This document shows positions 31,263-37,887 of a DNA stretch of 64,000 nucleotides, piece by piece. The DNA is from an uncultured Bacteroidales bacterium (lineage in GTDB: Bacteria; Bacteroidota; Bacteroidia; Bacteroidales; GCA-2711565): positions 66,910 through 130,909 of the forward strand of contig CALOCL010000025.1 in NCBI GenBank assembly GCA_942491855.1. Reading direction: 5' to 3'. The notes under the pieces are model-generated. The model was not told the origin of the DNA. It made no database searches and saw only the letters and a list, made by a program, of their open reading frames with translations. Within the stretch, counting starts at the first letter, position 1; every line of letters starts with the position of its first letter. A program made the position numbers and the translations under genes.

Positions 31263-32225
31263 CTATTTAGTAATGAGTTTAGGTTGTTTGAACAATTTAT
31301 AGTTTTCGATTACATTAAACTTGTACATTGTCTTTGCTTCATCAGACAAAAATGATTTGTCAACCATTGCCAATATTTTACTCTCATTACTGTTAAAGTA
31401 ATCAATAGTTTTATCTATAATAGTATCTTTTATACTTATGCGTCGTCCAAACTCAATAAAATCATCGCTATTATAGATGTATTTTTCTCCTAATGGCAAA
31501 CTGGTTTGTTCAAATTCTGCAAATAGATTTAATGCTAATAAACTATCCGCAAGATGAATTTTAGTATTCATCAAATCGTATGATGGAGACAGCATCATAT
31601 CTCCGTCAGCAGTTTCCAACAATGAAATGTTTTTTAAATGAACATCACCATTTCCTGTTATGAAATTAAATATCAGAATGCGAAGAAAATCAACTCTATT
31701 TAATGGGCTTAACCATTCCCCAACATCTTGATATGATTTTGATTTATACTTATGAGCGGCTTGTAAAACAGATCCGAAATCTTCCTGATTTAATTTTATC
31801 CCTTTATTATTATAATCAAATCGTCTAGTGATATATGCAGGCATACCATTAGCAAATTTTACAAAAGCACATTCTGCGATTTTTATGCCAAAAACCTGTT
31901 TGGCGATTTGCATAGTCACATGTTCATTTGCAGGTGATTGATCTGGGTTGTCAAATCTTGATAATATTGGTTTAATAATGTACTGTGACTTTTCATCTAC
32001 ATCCATTTTGGGAATTAATTCAATTCCGCGTGGTTTACCAATAAATCCTTTTCGTTGAACTCCTGATATGCTAAATCCCATTGGTTGGCCATCAATCCTT
32101 TTTGAGATATCTTCCCAATTAAATTTAAGTTGAGGGTTGACCTTAGAACGGTCAAATAGTATAGTTTCACAGGATGAACAAAATCCACTTATGTTATCTT
32201 TAAGACATCCATTACATTGTGCCAT
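31263..32225 (-). CDS. hipT: HipT-like Ser/Thr kinase toxin (HipA C-terminal kinase core without the N-subdomain)
   Basis: 320 aa. Gly-rich loop GFSISGVQRKG (SIS motif as in E. coli O127 HipT), catalytic NGDVHLKNISL, Mg-binding SPSYDLMNT. It overlaps the upstream gene by 14 nt. Confidence 0.85.
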   Translation of the reverse strand: MAQCNGCLKDNISGFCSSCETILFDRSKVNPQLKFNWEDISKRIDGQPMGFSISGVQRKGFIGKPRGIELIPKMDVDEKSQYIIKPILSRFDNPDQSPANEHVTMQIAKQVFGIKIAECAFVKFANGMPAYITRRFDYNNKGIKLNQEDFGSVLQAAHKYKSKSYQDVGEWLSPLNRVDFLRILIFNFITGNGDVHLKNISLLETADGDMMLSPSYDLMNTKIHLADSLLALNLFAEFEQTSLPLGEKYIYNSDDFIEFGRRISIKDTIIDKTIDYFNSNESKILAMVDKSFLSDEAKTMYKFNVIENYKLFKQPKLITK

Positions 32226-32556
32226 GTTTAATGTTTTTTACAGTTATTGCTCCTATTGTATCGTATTGACAAGTTAATGCTAATAAACTCCATTCATCAC
32301 TTGGATCAATTCTTAAAGCTTTACAAATCTGTTTTCGATTTTCACCTTCGCTTAGTATGGATTTGAAATAGTGAAATAATTCCTTGGAATGATAAGTTTT
32401 TATCTCCTTTGGCATATTTACCGAAATCGGCCTCGTATTAACATTTTCAACAAATGCATCATCATATTCAAAATGAAAACCCTCATTATCAACCCAAAGT
32501 TCCCCTGCCTTAATATTTCCTTTGTAAATGACTTCTAGCTTGTTTCCGATTTTCAT
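32212..32556 (-). CDS. hipS: HipS-like protein (free-standing HipA N-terminal subdomain)
   Basis: 114 aa. L.V...G...G.L.....G..F.Y...F......P.S..MP, then FF.S.L.EG..R and a D..GA-type C-terminal end, matching the HipA N-terminal 'couple_hipA' region. ATGA overlap with hipB. Confidence 0.8.
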   Translation of the reverse strand: MKIGNKLEVIYKGNIKAGELWVDNEGFHFEYDDAFVENVNTRPISVNMPKEIKTYHSKELFHYFKSILSEGENRKQICKALRIDPSDEWSLLALTCQYDTIGAITVKNIKHGTM

Positions 32557-32771
32557 GTTTTTGAATTATGTCTTTTAACTTCTACTTGTATTTCCAAATT
32601 GAGATATTCAAAAATGTTTTGTAAGACCTCTAATGTTGGGTTTTTAACACCCCTTTCTATTTCTGAGATGGTAGTTTTAGATATACCTGTGAGGTCAGCT
32701 AAATCTCTAATGGTTAGTCCTAATACCATTCTTCTTCTTTTTATTATTTCTCCAATTTCTTTTTTTTCCAT
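32553..32771 (-). CDS. hipB: HipB-like XRE-family HTH antitoxin/repressor
   Basis: 72 aa. IKRRRMVLGLTIRDLADLTGISKTTISEIERGVKNPTLEVL is a canonical Cro/C1 HTH. Confidence 0.85.
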   Translation of the reverse strand: MEKKEIGEIIKRRRMVLGLTIRDLADLTGISKTTISEIERGVKNPTLEVLQNIFEYLNLEIQVEVKRHNSKT

Positions 32772-32778
32772 TTCACTG

Positions 32779-32976
32779 TACCATTATATTGGTAAATATT
32801 TATCAAAAATACTCAATTTGTTTGATAATGTCAATTTTGTACCAGTATAATGATAAATATCTGTCAACAAGTTTAAATCAACGTAAATTGTCAATAAAAT
32901 ACCAGTATAATGGTACGCGAGAGATGAAATATTGAAAAAGAACCTTAATTGAAGGATTTGTACCACTATATTGGTA
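32779..32976. promoter_or_regulatory. Four palindromic operators TACCA-N6-TGGTA spaced about 60.5 bp apart, flanking the hipBST promoter
   Basis: Sites: 32779-32794 TACCATTATATTGGTA; 32840-32855 TACCAGTATAATGATA; 32900-32915 TACCAGTATAATGGTA; 32961-32976 TACCACTATATTGGTA. The minus-strand -7 box TATTTTTG (32804-32811) lies between sites 1 and 2. Confidence 0.75.
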
Positions 32977-33240
32977 TGGGCTATAATAATAAAGTAATTG
33001 GGTTTAATAATATGTTCACTAAAATGTTGAGAAAATGCGCTCTAATTTGATGATTTCTTCCATACCTCTGATCAAGCTAAGGTCAGATATTTCAACCCTC
33101 TTGTCTCGGGAACCAGACTAATTTCAATTTGGTAAGAAAGGTGTTATTAACACCAACCTTAATTCATTAGATTAATGTTTTGATATTTAAAGTTTGAATC
33201 TATACTAAAAAACAGATGATGTTAAAGTGTCTTTTAGATA

Positions 33241-34338
33241 TTATTTTTCAGTTTGTTTGAATATTTCATTTGAATATATTGATTCTACTTCCCCTTCATT
33301 TTTAAAATAAATTATGACATCCTTATCAATTCCAGAGTGAAATATTTTGACCTGTTTTCTTGAATTGTCTATATAATAGAAGATATTTCTCCGCTCATCA
33401 TCAGCAGTTTTTACTAAATAATGTGTTCTATTCTTTTCATTTACAATCGAAGTATAAATATGAGCATTTAAAGTTCCTTGATTTAGCTCAATCCCTGATA
33501 CGTTATAAACATAGTCTGAGAATTTTTGTTTGATATACTTAATAGAGTAAGTTTTATCCATTTCAAGTATTGTGGAAAAATCTTTTAAATGATCAATTAC
33601 TGGTTTGCCATAACTTTTCTTTTCTAATTTTTCTTTCCTTTCTTCAATATAACTCTTGAAATTAGTTTTAATAAATGAAAGAAATGATTTTATTAAGTAC
33701 GACGATTGATTATTTATAGGGTCAATAAGTCCATTACTTTCATCATTAAAAATTTTAATTAGTTTATTAAAGAGAGAGTTATCTTCATTATTCCAATAAA
33801 GATGACATTTTCTTGAATAATCAAGCTTACTAAATGAGAATTCTGAAATATTCGACGGTGAAGGAGTTATATAAAGCAAATAAATTTCAGGATCCAACTT
33901 ACACTCATGATAGAAGTTTTTCAAACCTTTTAACTCTTCTTCTAATTGAGAATCATTCTTATTTATAGATGTATCTGTAATTTTGTTTTCAAGACATATT
34001 GCATATAAAACTTCGTCAGTTCTATTATCAATAATTTCAATTAAAACATCGATATCCCGTCTTTTATTCCTACCAACATTATTAAAATACACTGTCATTT
34101 CGGGAATAATATTTACTGAGTATCCAGAATATTTAGAGAGGTCAGCAATTCTGTTTTCAAATTGAATTTTCAATAAAAAATTACTATCAACTAATAGAAA
34201 TTCATTTAATAATTCTTGCAACAAAAGACTTGATAAACCATGGTCTTCATTAGGATTTAGCATGTAAGCTAAGAAAGAACTTACATTTGGTTCATTAATT
34301 GAGCCATCATTTGATGATAGAATACGGAAAATATTCAT
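33241..34338 (-). CDS. PD-(D/E)XK-type nuclease-like protein with uncharacterised C-terminal half
   Basis: 365 aa. N-terminal NIF.IL....SINEPNVSSFLAYMLNPNEDHGL, then RRDIDVLIEI ... AICLENKI (D ... E-x-K arrangement), as in PDDEXK-family proteins common in defence islands. I cannot assign residues from about 215 to 365. Confidence 0.55.
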   Translation of the reverse strand: MNIFRILSSNDGSINEPNVSSFLAYMLNPNEDHGLSSLLLQELLNEFLLVDSNFLLKIQFENRIADLSKYSGYSVNIIPEMTVYFNNVGRNKRRDIDVLIEIIDNRTDEVLYAICLENKITDTSINKNDSQLEEELKGLKNFYHECKLDPEIYLLYITPSPSNISEFSFSKLDYSRKCHLYWNNEDNSLFNKLIKIFNDESNGLIDPINNQSSYLIKSFLSFIKTNFKSYIEERKEKLEKKSYGKPVIDHLKDFSTILEMDKTYSIKYIKQKFSDYVYNVSGIELNQGTLNAHIYTSIVNEKNRTHYLVKTADDERRNIFYYIDNSRKQVKIFHSGIDKDVIIYFKNEGEVESIYSNEIFKQTEK

Positions 34339-34536
34339 AATAAATGGTTAGTGGTATATAATCAATTTGGTTTAAACTTTTAGGTCAGAATCTCAGAGAG
34401 TATTAACTCAAAGTTAATTGAATTTGTGGAAGTAAAATGAGGAAGTGGTTATTTATTTTCAATCAAATCCTTGCTCAAACCTTGCTTATTAAAAAAGGCT
34501 CCAAAACTTGATGTCTTGAAACCCTTATTGTAGTAG

Positions 34537-34610
34537 TGACTCCGAAGGGATTCGAACCCCTAACCCTCTGATCCGAAGTCAGATATTCTATCCAGTTGAA
34601 CTACGGAGCC
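34537..34610 (-). tRNA. tRNA-Arg (anticodon UCG)
   Basis: GGCTCCGTAGTTCAACTGGATAGAATATCTGACTTCGGATCAGAGGGTTAGGGGTTCGAATCCCTTCGGAGTCA folds as a cloverleaf with a 7-bp acceptor, anticodon loop CTTCGGA and T-loop TTCGAAT. Confidence 0.93.
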
Positions 34611-34694
34611 ATTATTTAGTGGCGCAAAGTTAAGAATTCATTTTTGTAATTTTATAAAAGATTTCAGATTCTCTCAAAAAAAAAATTTGATTTT

Positions 34695-34725
34695 CTTGAC
34701 CTTTTAAAAATTACGCTTACATTTG
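34695..34725 (+). promoter_or_regulatory. Candidate Bacteroidota-type promoter for the asnA leader
   Basis: -7 box TACATTTG (34718-34725, consensus TAnnTTTG), with a TTG at 34696-34698 about 19 nt upstream. Confidence 0.4.
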
Positions 34726-34745
34726 TTGTCATAAATACAAAATAA

Positions 34746-34826
34746 ATGACTCAAAATTTAAATAATAATCTTTCTAATAATAACACTAATAATAATTTAT
34801 TAGGTGTCGGAAAGCTTATGTTTTAA
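34746..34826 (+). CDS. Asn-rich leader peptide 1 (MTQNLNNNLSNNNTNNNLLGVGKLMF)
   Basis: 26 codons, 10 of them Asn (9 AAT, 1 AAC) in three NNN runs. The ORF 3' end (GTC GGA AAG CTT) is complementary to the left arm of the downstream terminator. Confidence 0.6.
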   Translation: MTQNLNNNLSNNNTNNNLLGVGKLMF

Positions 34827-34845
34827 ATTCAAAAAGAATATTTTA

Positions 34846-34880
34846 AAAAGCCTTCCGAAAATTCGGAAGGCTTTTTTTTT
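34846..34880 (+). terminator. Attenuator terminator 1
   Basis: GCCTTCCG-loop-CGGAAGGC (extendable to 10 bp) followed by T9. No upstream plus-strand gene needs it. Confidence 0.8.
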
Positions 34881-34890
34881 ATCAAAAAAA

Positions 34891-34941
34891 ATGGAAATGA
34901 ATCGTATCAATAATTTCAATCATAATAATTTTTCACCTTAG
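34891..34941 (+). CDS. Asn-rich leader peptide 2 (MEMNRINNFNHNNFSP)
   Basis: 16 codons, 6 of them Asn (all AAT). The stop codon TAG (34939-34941) overlaps AGCAGGC (34940-34946), which is complementary to the left arm of terminator 2. Confidence 0.5.
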   Translation: MEMNRINNFNHNNFSP

Positions 34942-34965
34942 CAGGCGATGCACATTCTATGTCCT

Positions 34966-34994
34966 AAGCCTGCTTTAACGAGTAGGCTTTTTTT
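34966..34994 (+). terminator. Attenuator terminator 2
   Basis: AAGCCTGC (34966-34973) pairs with GTAGGCTT (34982-34989, one G-U) and runs into T7. Confidence 0.65.
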
Positions 34995-35115
34995 ATCCAT
35001 TTTTTAAACAAACAATAAAAATTAATCAAATCAAGACTGCATGAAAATAATGATTGGGCTAAAAAAAATCAAGTTTTATCAAATATCTAAAGTCTTGTAT
35101 CTAACATCTTAAAAT

Positions 35116-36120
35116 ATGAAAAGCGATTTTTTAAAAACAGAACTATCAATCACATTTGTAAAAGAAACCTTTGAAAAACAACTTTCGAGTCAATTATCTC
35201 TAACCAAAATATCTTCTCCGCTCATGGTGCTGGATGGTACCGGAATAAACGATGATTTAAACGGAATTGAACGCGTAGTAAACTTTCCGGTAAAAGGCCT
35301 GCAAGAGAAACGAGCAGTGATTGTAAACTCATTGGCAAAATGGAAAAGAATCAGGTTAAAAGAACTGGAAGTTGAAGCCGGAACGGGTATCCTAACAGAC
35401 ATGCGTGCCATTCGTCCGGATGAGGATTTTAGTCCCATTCACTCCATTTATGTTGATCAATGGGATTGGGAAAAACATCTCGATTCGTCAAAAAGGGATA
35501 TTGAAACCCTCAAGGCTGAAGTACAGAAAATTTATACGGCCATCAGAAGTACTGAACAAAAAGTGCAGGAATCATTTTCTGAACACCAGGCTGTTTTACC
35601 CGAAGAAATTGTTTTTATCCATGCCGAGGAATTGCGTGAGCTTTATCCGGATCTTACACCCAAAGAACGTGAAGATAAAATTGCTGAAAAATTCAGGGCT
35701 GTATTCATCATTGGGATTGGTGGAGACATTGGATCAGGAGAGATTCATGATGGTCGTGCCCCGGATTACGACGATTGGACCAGTAGCTCACTGAATGGGT
35801 ATAAGGGATTAAACGGTGATATCATTGTTTGGCATCCGGAATTAAAAAGTGCCTTTGAAATTTCTTCGATGGGCATACGTGTTGATAGAACATCCTTGCT
35901 GAAGCAATTGGAAATACGGGATCAGCTTTCAAAAAAAGAACTGTTTTTTCATCAGCAAATTTTAAATGATAAACTTCCTCAAAGCATTGGTGGTGGAATT
36001 GGCCAATCACGACTATGCATGTTCATGCTAAAGAAAAAGCATATCGGCGAAGTACAGGTTAGTTTATGGCCCGATAAAATCCGTGAGGAGATGAAAAGTG
36101 AAGGGGTTTACCTAATGTGA
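35116..36120 (+). CDS. asnA: Aspartate-ammonia ligase (asparagine synthetase A)
   Basis: 334 aa, colinear with E. coli AsnA from the first residues (I.FVK..F..QL, LAKWKR, ALRPDED.SP.HS.YVDQWDWE, GIGG, RAPDYDDW, LNGDI.VW, SSMGIRVD, GGGIGQSRL). Confidence 0.95.
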   Translation: MKSDFLKTELSITFVKETFEKQLSSQLSLTKISSPLMVLDGTGINDDLNGIERVVNFPVKGLQEKRAVIVNSLAKWKRIRLKELEVEAGTGILTDMRAIRPDEDFSPIHSIYVDQWDWEKHLDSSKRDIETLKAEVQKIYTAIRSTEQKVQESFSEHQAVLPEEIVFIHAEELRELYPDLTPKEREDKIAEKFRAVFIIGIGGDIGSGEIHDGRAPDYDDWTSSSLNGYKGLNGDIIVWHPELKSAFEISSMGIRVDRTSLLKQLEIRDQLSKKELFFHQQILNDKLPQSIGGGIGQSRLCMFMLKKKHIGEVQVSLWPDKIREEMKSEGVYLM

Positions 36121-36362
36121 TAAGCCTAAAGCTGAACTAAGTATATCAGATGAAAAGGAGTTCCAACATTTCAAGTCTTTAGTTTTTGAGCTAGCGAGAT
36201 TTGAGATAAAAGACTTTAGATTCTAGCAATCGTCTCTTGTCTAAGATCTAAAGTCTAACATCTAGTTTATGAACAAAACAATGTAGAACAATTCATCATT
36301 TCTGCGCTTTTTACTTAACGAAAAAGCTTAATTTTGAGCTTTAATCAATCAAAGTTAAATCC

Positions 36363-37442
36363 ATGTCAGAAAAAATATTAGATAAAGTTGCTCCCGGAGT
36401 AGTTGCCGGAGATGATGTTCAGGAAATTTTTAGAATTGCCAAAGAAAACAAGTTTGCCTTACCTGCTGTTAATGTGGTTGGTACAGATTCTGTAAATGCT
36501 GTTTTAGAAGCTGCGAAAGTGGTAAATTCACCGGTAATCGTTCAGTTTTCAAGTGGAGGTGGAAGCTTTTATGGCGGTCAGGGTGCTGACAACACAGGAG
36601 GAAAAGCAGCCTTACAAGGGACAATTTCAGGGGCACTTCATGTGCATCAAATGGCAGAAAACTATGGAGTTCCTGTGATCATCCATACCGATCATGCGGC
36701 TAAAAAATTATTGCCTTGGATTGATGGTTTACTGGATGCCGGAGAAAAACATTTTGAGCGTACCGGAAAACCATTGTTTAGTTCCCATATGCTTGACTTA
36801 TCCGAAGAAACACTTGATGAAAACATTGCCATTTGTAAACAATACCTTGGCAGGATGAGCAAAATTGGCATGACCCTCGAAATTGAACTGGGAATTACCG
36901 GAGGTGAAGAAGATGGAGTGGATAATACAGGTGTGGATAGCTCCAAACTTTATACCCAGCCCGAAGAAGTGGCTGCCATGTACGAAGCATTAAGTTCGAT
37001 CAGTCATCGGTTTACCATTGCTGCTGCTTTTGGAAATGTGCATGGTGTTTACAAACCCGGTAATGTAAATCTCGAACCCGTCATTCTAAAAAATTCTCAG
37101 GAATTTATTCAAAAGAAATTCAATACAGGTGCGAATCCTGTAAGCTTTGTGTTCCACGGTGGTTCAGGTAGTGAACCTGCTAAAATTAAAGAAGCAATCT
37201 CGCATGGAGTTGTCAAAATGAATATCGATACCGATACCCAATGGGCTTTCTGGTTAGGAGTGAAAGAATATGTAGAGAAAAATCATGCATACCTGCAAGC
37301 ACAAATTGGTAATCCGGATGGAGATGATAAGCCTAACAAAAAATATTATGATCCCCGAAAATGGTTAAGAGCTGGCGAACTCGCCATTGTTGATCGACTG
37401 AAAATTGCCTTTGAAGATTTGAATGCGATAAACAGAAATTAA
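36363..37442 (+). CDS. fbaA: Class II fructose-bisphosphate aldolase
   Basis: 359 aa. PAVNVVGT, IIHTDHAAK, LEIELGITGGEEDGVDN and FHGGSGS motifs. Confidence 0.93.
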   Translation: MSEKILDKVAPGVVAGDDVQEIFRIAKENKFALPAVNVVGTDSVNAVLEAAKVVNSPVIVQFSSGGGSFYGGQGADNTGGKAALQGTISGALHVHQMAENYGVPVIIHTDHAAKKLLPWIDGLLDAGEKHFERTGKPLFSSHMLDLSEETLDENIAICKQYLGRMSKIGMTLEIELGITGGEEDGVDNTGVDSSKLYTQPEEVAAMYEALSSISHRFTIAAAFGNVHGVYKPGNVNLEPVILKNSQEFIQKKFNTGANPVSFVFHGGSGSEPAKIKEAISHGVVKMNIDTDTQWAFWLGVKEYVEKNHAYLQAQIGNPDGDDKPNKKYYDPRKWLRAGELAIVDRLKIAFEDLNAINRN

Positions 37443-37873
37443 TTCAGTTTCGGAAATTTAATTTTAGAGGTAACAACATAGGCTGCGGGGTATCTTCGAA
37501 TAATTTGTTGAAGATATCTTTCGGCCTCAATTTTTGATCTAAAATCTCCAACTCTTAGTCGGTAATAGGGAGATTCGTAAATGACGTAAGCCCCTACATC
37601 TCTATATCTTCTTAAAAATCCATCTCTTACATACATGGTTTTGTCTTTTGAATCATTGCCTGATTCAAAATATAAATGAATGCGAAATCCATCAACGCCA
37701 TCATGTTCTTCGTTCAGAAGATTGAATTCATTAATTTTTTTTTGCAAGGCAAGCAATGTATCAACACGCTCATCTTGATAAATTTTTACAGGTTCTTCAA
37801 CATAAAATTCTTGCGCCATTGCAGAGATTGAACTCATTAAAACAACCAGGGCTATCAAATATTTTCTCATCAA
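37439..37873 (-). CDS. SPOR-domain protein (secreted)
   Basis: 144 aa. Signal peptide, and C-terminal GFRI.L.......A......Y....PYYRLRVGDF....EAE..L, the SPOR pattern. Confidence 0.7.
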   Translation of the reverse strand: MMRKYLIALVVLMSSISAMAQEFYVEEPVKIYQDERVDTLLALQKKINEFNLLNEEHDGVDGFRIHLYFESGNDSKDKTMYVRDGFLRRYRDVGAYVIYESPYYRLRVGDFRSKIEAERYLQQIIRRYPAAYVVTSKIKFPKLN

Positions 37874-37887
37874 CTAATTAAATTTAT

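Larger units (their letters stand above)
30581..34578. mobile_element. Decayed tRNA-Arg-integrated genomic islet (about 4 kb)
   Basis: Perfect 43-bp direct repeats made of the tRNA 3' half, an integrase remnant, lower GC by eye, and accessory cargo (HipBST-like TA, PD-(D/E)XK-like gene). Confidence 0.8.

Noticed and set aside
32779-32976. Regular 60-bp repeats as a mini CRISPR array
   Set aside because: The repeated units are 16-bp palindromes with AT-rich, partly similar spacers located in a promoter. There are no cas genes and no 28-37-bp repeat structure, so they are interpreted as operators.
35041-35112. Third mini-ORF (MKIMIGLKKIKFYQISKVLYLTS) ending 3 nt before the asnA start, as a third leader
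   Set aside because: It contains no Asn codons and is not followed by a terminator. It may be fortuitous or a translational-coupling uORF, and it was not counted as part of the attenuator.
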